From the NCBI RefSeq assembly GCF_009914755.1, contig NC_060930.1: a stretch of DNA of 64,000 bases. One strand, given 5' to 3'. The position numbers and the translations under genes are program-made. This stretch comes from the human T2T-CHM13v2.0 reference genome, Homo sapiens. Position 1 is the stretch's first letter; each line of letters begins with the position of its first letter. The notes beneath the pieces are model-generated. The model saw only the letters and a list, made by a program, of their open reading frames with translations. It had not been told where the DNA came from and ran no database searches. Below are positions 32,825 through 46,573 of the stretch, in pieces.

Positions 32825-33173
32825 TTTTCTTCCTCCTTTCCCTCCTTTCTTCCTTCTCCTTCTCTTTCCTTCTTTCTCTTCCCTCCTCTCCTTTTCTTTT
32901 TCTTCCTTCCTTCCTTCCCTCTCCTTCCTCTCTTCCTTCCTTCTTTCCTTCCTTCCTCCCTCCCTCCTTGCTTTCTTCCCTCCCTTCCTTCCTTCCTCCC
33001 TTTCTTCCTTCCTTCCTCCCTTCCTCTTTTCTTCTTTCTCTTCCCTTTCTCTTTCTTCCTTTCTTTTTCCTTCCTTCCTTCCTTCTTTTCTTCTTTGCCT
33101 CCCCCTTCTTCCTTCTTTCCTTCCATCCTTCCATTCTTCCGCCCCCTTTTTCATTCTTTCTTCTCTGTCTCTC
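32825..33173. repeat. Polypyrimidine (TTCC/CTTT/CCCT) low-complexity tract, ~350 bp
   Basis: Almost purely C/T on the + strand. Confidence 0.95.
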
Positions 33174-35049
33174 AGAAGAGTTACATTTGCCTGACTGCCT
33201 GCTTCTAGTCTATTCTCCCATGCTCTGTGATTTCTTAAAGATCATAGCACTTGCCCTGGAAGTCCTCTCTTAACCCAAGCCTCTGATTTCTTTGGGTAAA
33301 AATTTGAATTTACTTAGGGATGTTAGCTAACCTGTGGCTCTTTCACCTAAGAAATTATAGCTATTAGCAGAATCTGCAAATTTGTACAACTGGTTCAACA
33401 TAGGCTTGCCAGATCAACCAATGACTTGAACTAACTTTGAAGATCTTTCCTCCTTTTGTGAACATAATTTCACTTTGAGATATTTTAATCTCAACCTAGC
33501 CATTGTAAGAACAAATCAAAACACAAGACAATGATAGCAACCACCGTAACTGGCACAGAATGTACTCCCCAACCTACCCCAGACCCCAAGCGATTACTAG
33601 GCCAAAGGTTTCAAAAGTAACAAGACAATTATTTGAATAATTCTGAATGCAGAAACTGAAAAAATGAAGTGTACAAAAATTGAAGAAATACCTGATGCTA
33701 TGGTCATCCTAGATACAAGTTCTTTTGGAGACAGAGAAATACAAGGTCATAAATGGAATCATAGCTGTGGAAATTAGTCTAATTACACAAACACAGGGCC
33801 TAAAATTAATTCAGAAAATCTTGAAGGAATTAAATAAAGTCCAGATATAAATAAATATAAAAAAAACAGTACTCTTGACCGATCTGGCTATTGGATGCCC
33901 AACTGCCTGCCACTGGAAAGGGCAGAGCCAACAACAAATACTGCCAGCCAGGAGATGAGTTTTTTCACCTCTCTGCAAGGCTGAATAGAAGGAATTTAAT
34001 TTGCCCGCTTGGCTCTTATGCAATGCCAGGTAACCTTAGAATAAAGAGGGCTTTGAGGGAGAAAGCCAGACTTCCCCAACATGTTGCTGCAATCATATTC
34101 TCCTCTTGTCAGATGCCTGCAGACACAGTGACTGACTTGTCCCAGACTGCTCATTGCTATCGCTCAGATCCATGAGGCTGTGTCTCCCACAGAGAAGGAT
34201 GGGAGATACAAAGGCTCCAACTGCTCTCACTGTGAAAACTCCACAGTGAAATTCCATCAGACAGAAGCCAGCTCTCTGCTGAGTGAATTGGGCCTTTTAT
34301 CAGTCAGATTTGTATACATTATAGAAAGAGCCAAAGAAGGGAGTTACTGTACACTTCGTATATTTTTAGTTCCCTAGGATTAGTTGCTATTGGACTGAAC
34401 GTTTGGGGAAGAGAAGAAAAAATGCAACTTCAGTCCTCTGTGTATGCTGGTGGCTTCCTGAGGTCTCCAAGTTTTTCTGGACTTGCCTGTTTGCTTTTCT
34501 GATATACCATGGTACGTTCTGTAGCACAAAGGGCATATTATCTATTTCATCTTCCAAATTTTACCTCTGCTTCATTTGTTTTTCAAATAATTTACTAATG
34601 AGGGCCACTGTGTGTGTGTGTGTGCATATGCATGTGTGTGAATAAACACATGCACACGCACACAAACTTTCATTCATCTGATTTTAGTTTTGAGCCTAAC
34701 TCATCCTACTCACCCAAAGCAGCACAATAAAAACATTTCTGTTGGCAGAATCAGCGGGGAAACCTTTGCAATCCTCTTACTTTCTTCATTGACTTTACTT
34801 ATTGCAAAAGCAGTTCCTTGTGGTAAAATAAAAACAAAAACAAAAAAAAAGCAAATAAGTAGGCCATGTGGATGTAGAGATAGCATCGCTGTCATTAGAT
34901 TTACAATTTAAAAAAACTGACATTGTTGACTTGGTCTTCTACACAGTTTTATAAATAGAAACAATTCTTCTACCATTTTATTCACTGGCATAATTTTTCG
35001 GTCATTCTTACTTCTTCCCCTCAACTTTCTTTCAATTATCTAAGGTTTC

Positions 35050-35165
35050 AATTATTCATCAAATATTTATTGAGCACCTGTTATGTGGTAGGCATGTACT
35101 TGGTGCTGAGGATCGGATGGGACAATGAATAAGACAAGCATGGCCTTTGCCCTCCTAGACCTACA
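35050..35165 (-). mobile_element. L2 3' end fragment
   Basis: TTCATCAAATATTTATTGAGCACCTGTTATGTG...GGTGCTGAGGAT...TGAATAAGACA. Confidence 0.7.
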
Positions 35166-35594
35166 GGATATTCCATTAAAAATATGACACAAGGCTTATT
35201 CCCATAAAAATCCCTCAAATTACATTTTAGACACTATTATTAGGGATCAATGCAGGGAAGATGCCATATCTCTAGGGACAGAAGAAGAGGTAAAGGGATG
35301 AAAATTAACCAAAGAAAATAATCTGTTCAGCAAGGTTTGTAGACATACTACTGTATGGCTCTTGAAGGCTGTATACAGAAGACGGAGTCCTTGCTTTCTT
35401 CTTCCATCCCTAAGAGATAAATCTGATTTCCAAACTTCAGGCTGGTTTCTACTTCCTCCTAAGCTACTGTCTACACTCCCTTCTAGTTTTTTCACTGATG
35501 CTGCTGAACCAATGAACTTCATCAGGCTCTACTTCTTTGGGATGCAATTTGAGTGTCCTAAGGTAAAACACCTATCTCTTTACATGGAAGTGGT

Positions 35595-35729
35595 TTCTGG
35601 GCCCGGCTCAGAAAGACCCCCAGGCTTGGTTTAAGGCTCTGCTGTTGCTGCCTTAAAATTCTTGATACTTTCAAACAAGGGGTTCCACATCATATTCACA
35701 AAGACTTAAACATTATGTAACCAGTCCTG
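35595..35729 (+). mobile_element. MER91A-like hAT-Tip100 fragment
   Basis: GCTCAGAAAGACCCC...CTTGGTTTAAGGCTCTGCTGTTGCTGCCTTAAAATTCTT...ATTATGTAACCAGTCCTG. Confidence 0.7.
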
Positions 35730-36084
35730 TCCTTAGAATTAATGGGCAACCGGTAGAAAATTTTGGACCTGGTGGGTGGAGAGACTCTGCTCGGATGCTA
35801 ATTGTAAGCTCTTATCCTCCACCTAGGTTTAATAGATAACAAGCTTTGGAGATTATGGCATTGGACAATTACTTATAAATGCTCAAGAAATAATTCAAGT
35901 GATTACCGCCCTAATATGTACTTGACAAAAATTTACTGAGCCAAATTCTTACAGATGGACCAAATGAAGCTTAAGGGTTTCACTGACCAATCTCTTATGA
36001 GCTCTTTGACAGTCATTGTGTTGCTAAAGGAGAAATGAAAAAAAAAGCCTATACATTATTGTTAAATCATATCTAACAATGCTT

Positions 36085-36320
36085 ATGTAGAATATGGAAC
36101 TTGGAATCATGAGACCTGGGTTCAAATGCAGATTTTCTGTCTTACCTATTACATGACCTTGTTTGAGCTACTTGTGCATTTGGGGGCTTTTAAATTTTTT
36201 CTATCTAGAAAACAGGGAGAATAATACTATGTTCTGGGTCATTGTGAGGATTAAATTAAATAGTGTAGGTTAAAGTGCCTATCAGAGTCTGTGCCGCATA
36301 GTAAACACTCAATAAATCAT
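36085..36320 (+). mobile_element. MIR
   Basis: TTGGAATCATGAGACCTGGGTTCAAAT...TGACCTTG...TTGTGAGGATTAAAT...CATAGTAAACACTCAATAAAT. Confidence 0.75.
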
Positions 36321-36691
36321 TGTGCTGGTTTGATATAATTATAACTCTTTACTTAGAAATAGAATTCCTCTGCATGCATTCATTAAGAAAAAATAATGAG
36401 TTATTATTAGAGTTTAATAGATTATAATTTCTCAAAAAAAGCTGATCATTATATTTATTTTTACCTCTCTTCTTTTTATCTTCTCAACACTAGCCAACAT
36501 TACTACCAGTGGCACAAGGATTCTTTTTATTAAATAGGATTTATACTCTACACTTACAGGGACATGAATCTTTAATAAGGTTCAGTCAGATTCCAGGAAT
36601 TTTGTTTATGTGGTGTGTGTATGTGCACAGCTATGCACAATTAATCAGAGTTTTCAAAGTAGAATCAAGTTAACTTACCACCAAGAGTCCT

Positions 36692-36705
36692 CTGCCCCCT
36701 GCTGC
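36692..36705 (-). promoter_or_regulatory. Candidate CTCF core motif
   Basis: Minus strand GCAGCAGGGGGCAG, one mismatch from the CCAGCAGGGGGCAG core; motif match only. Confidence 0.3.
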
Positions 36706-37229
36706 TTCACCAAATTACTACTGTCACTCTTTGTAGAACCCAACCAGTAAAGAATTTGGGGTTTCATCTAAAGATGTGTCTGTGTGGATCATTTGTACAT
36801 CAGAAACAAATAACCATTGTTTTCTTTAACCAGTGCCCTTTTAGCCAACCCACAAAATAGACTTTGTACTTTCTTTAATTTAAAAAGCAGAACTCACATC
36901 AACTAAGTTGGATTTGGCATAATTTTAAGAAGAAACATTATCATTACATTCAATTCTCTTGTTATTCTTGGCTTTGAAAGGTGAACGTGAGGTTATCATC
37001 CAGGTTCGTGGAAAGCACTAATGATGGTCTCGGGGAAAAGGGCAGTTTCGACATCTCCAAGGTAATGGTTGTGGTTGTGGTTCAAGAGCTTCTCTATCCA
37101 GGACTGCCAAGAGTACATTTCATTATAACCATAGACCATGGCAACTAATCAAGAAGTAAATTCCATGAATTGTGAAAGTTTTTTATATATTTATTATAAA
37201 ATATTTGGAATTGTTTCTTGACAGACTTG

Positions 37230-37420
37230 AGTGTTAAGTATTTGGCTGTAAATTTTACATATGTAACCCAAAATAACTCAATGAAATAGCTTCGTTTTAC
37301 AGAAGGTGAAACTGAGGTTTAGTGAATTTGAGAAATGCTCCAGATTATACTTGGACCTGGAAAAATCAGGACTAAAACCAAGCCTGCCAAACACAAAAGG
37401 TGGTGCTCTTACGCAGAATG
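37230..37420 (-). mobile_element. MIR fragment
   Basis: TTTTACAGAAGGTGAAACTGAGGTTTAG core. Confidence 0.55.
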
Positions 37421-38599
37421 ACACTCTGTCTTCTATTCTGCCATTTACCCTCCAGCTCCATACCTCGTCCTACTTTCCTCATTTACAACTGAGAACATAG
37501 AGAAGTGAGCTTGCCTGCAGGGCTTACCACGGAAGAGAAAAGAGTACGTAGACAGAAACCAGTTACTTAAATATTAGATCCACAAGCTCAATGTTCAATT
37601 CAGAGGTTTCCTAAATATCCTGACCTTACAGCTATCCTCATGCAATAGTGTAACACCAAAAAATATATTAATATACATGAATACAAATGAAAATTATACC
37701 TCCTACAAATTATCTTTTTAGAAATAAGACTGGGCTTAAGCTTACAATAAGTACTTTCAGGATACAGACATATTTTAAACATGTAGCATAATTTTGCTAT
37801 TTAAATTAATAATCTGGAAGAAAAAATCAATAATCATCATGGTACTAGCTATTAAAAATAAATCTGTATTTTTCACATTCTACTATTCTAAATAAACCAT
37901 TTGTAGTAGGGTTGGCAAACATGCTCATACTCAATTTCATTCTATGCAAGCATTGCACACGTGAGGGACTCATGGTTTGTTTGTTGATGTTGGCCAAGTT
38001 AAAACCTCCATTGCTATCTGAACATGTGAAAGTTTTCAAACCTGCTAACATGGAGTTTGCACCTGACAGAAGGGAAAAACATTTTAACAAGCTTTATTTC
38101 ATCTGTTGAGAGAAAATGAAATGAAGTTTGCAGTGATATTTGCTTTTTAACAGAGCCAGTGAAAAAGCTGTGGAAAGATAAACATAGAAAACAAAAAAAA
38201 AAAAAGAGAGAGAACTCACTCAGATTATGCTTTTCTTTCTCATTTCATGTTTTTCTGACTCCCACCTACTTTTCTCTATAATTTTCTGCCCAGGCTGAAA
38301 AGTATAAAATCCTTTTACATCTCTACATGCCAATTTCCACAGCTTCTGCTCCTTGCTAGCAAGTAAAACGTGGTCCAGCCAGAAGACTGCTGGCTGGTTG
38401 TTATGCCATGAACACCAGAAAATCCCAAGGAAACATGCAGAGCTCTATTCAAATGGCCACCGAAAGCGCTACACTGGGAGAAAAAGAGGGGCTGTCTCTT
38501 ACAGTTTTTTAAACTGGGCATCCTTGAATCAAAATAATTTCCCAACCCTTTTACTAGCTTATTATCTCCTGCCCCCTTCCAAAAATATATATATATAAA

Positions 38600-38925
38600 A
38601 TTAGCTTTCTGGATTCAACATGTAGGTCACTTCATTCAAGCTTCTGTTCAAATGTCACCACCTGAGAATTGCCTTTGCCAAACACACTATGTAAAATGTC
38701 ACCCCGCACCCCTGACACCTTCTATCCCATTTTCTCTTGCTTTATTTTTCTTGATAGCAATGATCACTACCTGATACTGCATCTTTTGTTCATTTATTTA
38801 TTGTTTTTCTCTCCTTCCAGCATGTATGTGCCATGAGAGTAGACTAATTGACTACTGTACCCCAAATGTGTTGAACAGGATCCCACATCTGATACTCAAT
38901 ATATGTTTGTGGAATTAATTAAATA
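38600..38925 (+). mobile_element. L2 3' region
   Basis: TTCAAATGTCACC...CTTTATTTTTCTTGATAGCA...ATCACTACCTGA...CCATGAGAG...CTCAATATATGTTTGTGGAATTAAT. Confidence 0.65.
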
Positions 38926-40307
38926 CCTGTGAAAACAAGCTGAACCATATGGAGCTGGCAGCAGTATACTGACATGCTACTTTCTGATGTCATTTGTTCT
39001 CACCTAATTCTGCCTGAAGAAAACCTTTTCAGGGAGGCAATCTTCAGTCCAAGTTTCTTCCACTTCTTTCTTCTGTTCTCTGTGTAGTCAGCCCAAAGGA
39101 TATTTGAGTTCAATTTGCAGAGAAATGCCATAGATAGAAATGATAATGTCCCTTCAACTTAAAAGGGCCGAGCATGTTTTGAAAGTGTTTTATGAACTGG
39201 AAACCTTTCTATGAGATATTCCACTGTAGCCCCATAAAACCTTACACCCTGCTGGAATTTCATCCTGTTAAATTTGGCAGTGTTTCCTTCCTCAAGTAAT
39301 GAGTTCAATTCATGTTTTCATTTAAGTTCATACCCAGATACAAATCAGTGTCACTGCCACAGGCAACGATTCGCAGAATTCCCAGGCGCCAAGGCTGAGG
39401 GATGGCGGGTTCAGAAGAATGAATGCCAAATTCTCTTTTTCACTGAGGGCAGTGTAGCATTTACTGTCATAAGCCTGCCTCATGCCAAGTCCCATGGAGG
39501 CAGTTGGCTAAGTGGGCTTCCGGCTTCTATCTCAACGCAAGCTCGTCTTCTAAAGCCTCTCTGGATTTCCTGTGGTAATCCTTCTTTGTGTACCTCTGAG
39601 AAAGAAACAATAATAGTTCAGTATTTTTAGTTTCTTTCTTTTTTCCAAGAAGAGAGTTCAAGAGCACAAGTGGTTTTAGTTAAGGATTCAATAAACACTT
39701 TGGCAAGAATGAGGAAAGCTGTGTAGAAAAGACCTAGCAGTTCTTCCAGTTGTATTAATAGCTTAAGGGGGTATTTTCCCATGAGGAAAATAGGGCATAG
39801 TCAATACTATGAGAGCCCACCTCTGTCCTTTGCTGATACATCAGGTAATTAAAATCTTATACTTACTCAATGGCTCTTTTAAACATGGTATTATCAAGGA
39901 ATGATTGTTTTTGCAACAAAGATGGTAACAATGACAGCAAGAGCACCAGTGTGGAAAGTTCTTCTCTGCCTGTCAGGGAATCTATCCTGATTTGCAATGA
40001 CACTATGACTTCTTGCAAGCAAACACCTGGAGACTGGGTCTAACTACCTGGGCAGGTAGTGCTGAGCTTCAAGGCAATGCTATCACGTAAGTCTTCATTA
40101 GGAGCGGCACTGCAGCCAGCTCTTCCCTTCCTCAAGCCACATTCTCAGACTTCAAAGAGATCTCACCCATTTGAAGGAGAAAAGACAGTGGAGCACAAGG
40201 TTGGAAAATAACAGGAGGAAAGCAGTTAAAGGAAAGTAAAAAAAGAAAAAGATAAATTGAAAAGTAAAGTGTTTGTCTTCTTAATATTCAAGAGATCTAG
40301 CTAATTT

Positions 40308-40337
40308 ACACACATACACACACACACACACACACAC
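40308..40337. repeat. (CA)n microsatellite, interrupted
   Basis: Directly visible. Confidence 0.9.
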
Positions 40338-42200
40338 TCATATTTTGCTAGCCCTTTTACCCAGCTGTAAATTTGTGACTCTGAGCTTCCATAATCAGAG
40401 GACTGAAGCCATTGTACTAAGAACCTCAAATCTTAGTATATAGTTCCACTGCTTTTCTTCATGCCAGGTGAGGCGGACAACTGAGCCCACAGTGAGCTGA
40501 TGGTTGACAGACCCCTCTGAGAGATCTGAGAGATCTGTCTGTGGAACTCCCTTAGTAGATAGATGGCTATGCTATGCTGTGAAACATATTTTCTTTGTGT
40601 ACAAATTGGAATAACATTTAGATGCCTGATGATGCTTTACAAGGCCTTCTCTATTAAAAGATAGTTATTTTTCTACTCTCCCTTTAGAGGCTTCTTCTCA
40701 ACCCTAATTTGGTCCCACTGCTTAGGGATCACTATGCTACTACCATTTGGCATAAAATTGACATAAAATTGCATGTCTTCCAAATTGTGCCATAATAAGC
40801 TGAAATATACATGCAAGTATTCATGTAATATAACTTTTATATCAATGCAATGTATTCATTAATTAATGTGTTAATTCATCAATTATTTGTTGAACGCCTA
40901 CTAATTCCAGGTATTGCCAAAGAAGCCGGACACTGTGAGAAGGTATAATGAATACAAGTTCTTTGGCGTGTATTAAAAATATGAGGCTTACATGGGAAAC
41001 AGTCAGTTGTTAATATACACTGTACATCATTCAGGAGATATTGTATATAAAAGCTATTTCAGACACTAAGGCATTTGGTCCAAGGCATATTCTCTACATT
41101 ACAAGCAAATTCTATTTTGCTTATTCAAATAATTCTTGGCATTTTGAGTGGTTATATTTTAAGTTGTCATATCTCAACCCAACATGCAGGAAGTGACCTC
41201 GCTTTGAAACATTGTGTTTAATCAGGAGTTTTGATCTGGTGTGACATCAGTGTGCCTGTTGCAAGAAACTGTTTTAAGTCCAAGAGCAAAAGCCATTGTC
41301 TCCATTATCTGTATCACAACTACAGATGAGCTGGATTTTGCCATGGGATGTCGAAAGGTAGAAGTTCACAACCTGAGGCTTTAGTTCTGAAGGATAGGTT
41401 CAGATAGCTGCAGAAATGGAAAAATAATTCATCACCCTATGAAGAACTACTACAGAGACCAGAATGTTCTTCTGAAACCAACGGGAAGCAGGGCCTGCCT
41501 GACTGTTTAAGATATGCAGCCAGTGATTTCTTGAAAGAAGATGAGAGGAGAGAGGGAAGGTTAGGACAGAACTAGCAAGAGCTGTGAGGGGAACCGGCAG
41601 AAAGGAAAACGGCCGATGCCAAGTTGTCAGTGGAGAAGGAGTGTGATGCTCTTACAGAGCTAGAAGAGGTCAATAAATCACCACCCTTATCTTGCAAACA
41701 GAGCCTGTGACTTCAAAAATTAGCTCATTTATCCTGCACAATTAAATTTATTGAAGTGTGACAGTAAAAGTTTAGCAGGCAGTGAAGCAGAAAGCCAGCA
41801 ACAGCCGAGGCGAGCATCTGAGTGAATGACACAATTAGTTGATTTTCATTTTATTTATCAATATAATTATTGAATTGTATTTATCCTTTTTCACAGATTT
41901 CTACAATTATTACTGCTCGGGCCTCTAGGGAAAGAATTAGTTTGAATTCTCAGACTAAGTTAATGTGATTATGGAGCTGCTAATAAAAGGAAAGTTCTTT
42001 AAAGTGCTACACAATCTTGTATTCAATGTCACTCCCATCATCGGGCTTAGAAAACCAGTCCCTTTTCATGTGAATGTGGTAAATTGAATTTAAATTTGTA
42101 TATGTATGGAATTCCCCAGGTGGGAACTGAGCTGGGACTGGTCAATGCCCTCCTTTCTGGGACTGTAAAGGATTTGTCTTGTATTTAAAATTGGAGACCA

Positions 42201-42202
<2 letters not shown>

Positions 42203-42280
<78 letters not shown>
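42203..42280. repeat. Compound (AT)15(GT)24 microsatellite
   Basis: AT run 42203-42232 followed directly by GT run 42233-42280. Confidence 0.97.
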
Positions 42281-42283
<3 letters not shown>

Positions 42284-43261
42284 GAATATGATGAAAAAAG
42301 AAATCCTCAAGAATTTCCTAACCTTTAGGAAGTCTGGAAAAGAAAGAAGGATAGAGGTGATGGAACTGCTTTCTTTTTTGTTTTATCTTGGCTTTATCAG
42401 GACTTGGCATTCCACTATGTCCCTGTGAAAGCATGTCAAAAAAAAAAAAAAAACAGAACAAATATAAGTTGTTAAGACAGTATGCATGTTCTAGAGGAGA
42501 GATGGAGCGCATCCTGCCACACAATTTCTGGGAACCTAGTTTATCCCCCTGAAGCAGCAGTGTAGGAATGTACCAGCGTACCAGCTGTATGAATCTGAAT
42601 CATCTTCTCCCAATACATCAAGACAATGGGTGCCAAAGTACACTCTTCCTGCATGGTCCGAAAAATAACCCATTTCCTAGAGAAGGGAACTCAATCTCAT
42701 TCATCATCTCCAGGCCTTTCAGTTAAATGTTTTCTTGGTCTGAGAGACGGTGAGTTTCTCTGTGAAGGTGGAGTGAAGACAACTCAAGTTCAACTTCTAA
42801 TAAACCCAACAAAGTATATAAGTTCCCAAGAAATCTGTTAAAGCAGTGATTTTCAAGCTCAGAATCTATAAGGATCATGGGGTACAAGTTAAAATGAGGA
42901 TTCCTAGGTCCTATCTCCAGAGAGGAATTGGGCTTGCATTTTAAAATGAATATTCCATTGGCTGTGGCTTGGGAACCAACTTCGAGAAATATTAGAAGTG
43001 CTAAAGTAAATCATGAACTTGAATAGTGGCAGCTCTTCCAAAGATAAACGGTTCTGCCATCCATAAAACTGGGAGAACTGCTGACTCACAGGTGAAGAAA
43101 ACACTAAATTCTGACCCTAATATAGCACCTAACACACAAACTAAAGCAGGATTTATCACTGCCACATATTCAGCGTGATCATTTATCTAGTTCTTATTAA
43201 TGTGGGATAATACTCATAGAAAGAGCTAATATTTATTGTCGCTATTATAACCCAAAATAAT

Positions 43262-43540
43262 TCTTTCCTTTTTTAAAGTTTTATTTCAGGTTCAGGGGTA
43301 CGTATGAAGGTTTGTTACACAGGTAAACTTGTGTCACGGGGGTTTGTCATACAGAGTATTTCATCAACCAGACATGAAGCCATGTACCCAATAGTTATCT
43401 TTTCTGCTCCTCTCCTTGCTCCTACCCCCACCCTCAAGTGGAACCCAGTGTCTGCTGTTCCCTTCTTTGTGTTCATGAGTCCTCATCATTTAGTTCCCAC
43501 TTATAAGTGAGAACATGTGGTATTTGGTTTTCTGTTTTCT
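43262..43540 (-). mobile_element. L1PA15/16-like 3' end (5'-truncated)
   Basis: GGTTCAGGGGTAC...GGTTTGTTACACAGGTAAACTTGTGTCA...CCCACTTATAAGTGAGAACATGTGGTATTTGGTTTTCTGTT. Confidence 0.85.
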
Positions 43541-44461
43541 TTATTTCTCTTTTTCTTCAACTTTCCAATTTAATCTGTTAGTAAGACCTGTCTGTTCTGC
43601 ATCCAAAATATGTCTCAAATCTGCCTACTTTTGGTAACCACTAGTTTAAGTCTGCTAAGTCTCACTCTGGAAGCTCAGTGTGGCTGAAGTAGAGTGGGTA
43701 AGAGAGTCCTGGATGTTCATATTAGTAAGCTAGCCAAGGGCCAGATCATATAGGGTCCTGTAGGCCCCCGACTTTAGACTCTATTCAAAATGTGATGGGA
43801 AACCACTAGAGTACTGAGATGTCATAAGCATCAAGATGTGATTCATCCTTTTAAAAGGTTCATTCTGACAGCTAAATGGAGTACAGGCTGTTAAAAATAT
43901 ATAAAATGAATTCAATATTAGATTAAACTCTGAAGTCACGGGACACGATTTTAGAAAGATACTCTAGTGCATTGTTAATTGCCAAATAAACAGATCTCCA
44001 AGGGGGATGGGGAAAGTCTCTTCTTTTATGACCCATTCCTTTGTAATTCATAAACTATCTTTGACATGATTGCACCCAATCTAAGTGATACTATAACTCA
44101 ATTTTTTGGATACATACTTAAATTAGATTTCAAATGGTCACAAAGATTTAAGTATCATTCTTCTCCTTGTGCATTTTGAGAGAGGCTAGCAATGAACTAC
44201 ATGGTTCAAGATAAAGAAAACACATAATTTGTCAGAAGATATATACAGAGCATATAAATGTCTATCATTCATAAGCTTGTATCATCCTGGGCTAGCAAGA
44301 CAGAAATTTTTATCAGTGTCACTTCCTACCTACCTATTCTTTTTAAAATGGGGGTGGGGTGGGAGGTAGGGTGTGGAAAAGAGTATAAAGTATTCATGAG
44401 TCATTGGACAAAGGTCTGACTTACCTCTGTGATGACTGGACTTCAACATAAGAGCACAGGA

Positions 44462-44775
44462 GGCCAGGTGCGGTGGCTCATGCCTGTAATCCCAGCACTT
44501 TGAGAAGTTGAGGTGGGTGGATCCCTTGAGGTCAGGAGTTTGAGACCAGCCTGGACAACATGGTGAAACCCAGTCTCTACTAAAAATACAAAAATTAGCT
44601 GGGCATGGTGGCACGCTCCTGCAATCCCAGCTACTTGGGAAGCTGAGGCAGGAGAAATGCTGGAACCTGGGGAGATGGAGGTTGCAGTGAGCTGAGGTTA
44701 CGCCACTGCACTCCAGCCTGGGCGACAGAATGAGACTCCATCTCAAAAAAAAAAGAAAAGAAAGAAAGAAAGAGC
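44462..44775 (+). mobile_element. AluS (Sz/Sx-like)
   Basis: Full dimer, A/(GAAA) tail; TSD-like GAGCACAGG on both sides. Confidence 0.92.
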
Positions 44776-45419
44776 GAGCACAGGGGCTAAAATTATGCCC
44801 AAGTGGAATAAATATACTTCCTGTAAAGTGAAATAGAGAGGGCCAAATAGTTCACTTCCAGTTAAAAGAGTGGAATGAGATATGAAGTTTACAAGTTGAT
44901 TTTCTAGTGCCTAAGATGTACCCGTGGCCAAGGGCTAATTGTCAATTTACATGTGTGCACAAATTTCAAACACAGCTTTCAAGCTGTATGTGAACAAGCT
45001 AAATGAACTCCAGCAGCTCTGTTTGAATATAATGTTTCCCTGAAATTTTTGTTTCTGTGGCAGACACTTTAGACCTTGAAATCATTTTCGGTTGAATTCC
45101 CATTCACACTCTGTTAATAATACCCAATACCAAATGCACATATTAAAATTTCCAAGAAATTACCATTTTCTTTGGAGTTGGGCTTCCCAGAAATCTCTCT
45201 CATGGATTTTAATGCCTGTGCTGTAAATGAACCAGCTTTTGCATTTCATTAGGACAATTGCTTTTATGACATATCCTAGGTGAGGGGCTGATAACTTTCC
45301 CCAAAGAGTGGATTATAACTATGTATATTGAGACACAAATATTGTTCATCTTTTCGGAGGCTCTCAACTTATCTCTCTTTCTCTCTTTCTCTTTCTCATT
45401 TTATCAGTGAGAAAGACCC

Positions 45420-45878
45420 ATGTCAGGTCACCCTTCCATTACTGTATTTTAGTAAAACACCACACTGTGAGATACAGGATCTGTTTCTGGAGAAATGGTG
45501 AATGAACCAGATGACAGAGCCCAGAGGATAGGGAGTTAACTCCTCATGGAGTGAAACTAGGCCAGTTAGAAGTGAGAGATGGGAGATAGCTAGGCAAATA
45601 CATTTCCCATTCTTTCTGTCTGTGGGTTACTCTGGAGAGAGGTTCTCCCTATAAACTTTCTGCAAAATCCTCATGTACAGAATTAACAACTCTATTGAGT
45701 GACCTGCTATGGCTTATTATAAAGTAGTAGCCAAGGTGATAAGACATTGCATTCCATTCTTACTTTGCTTCCTGTATCTTTCACTCTCACCTTCATTGCC
45801 ATGATCTTGCATCCCCAGTAAAATGTTAACATTGATTCCTTGTCTTAGGATCTGCTTTCTAAAAGATCCAGTAAGACA
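45420..45878 (+). mobile_element. ERVL solo LTR (LTR33/LTR16/LTR40-like)
   Basis: 3' end CCTTGTCTTAGGATCTGCTTTCT...AGTAAGACA typical of old ERVL LTRs. Confidence 0.5.
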
Positions 45879-45985
45879 CAGTGTTTTCTGTAGATGTGGA
45901 GGAAGGAGGCAATTCAACCAGCTTAACACAGCCACTAAGACTCACAACTCTGAGTAAGCATCAAAATTATCTGTGATTCTTTTAA

Positions 45986-46573
<588 letters not shown>

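Noticed and set aside
32689-33273. Six 100-145 aa ORFs rich in K/E/R/G or F/L/P/S
   Set aside because: Artefacts of the polypyrimidine/polypurine tract, which cannot encode stop codons.
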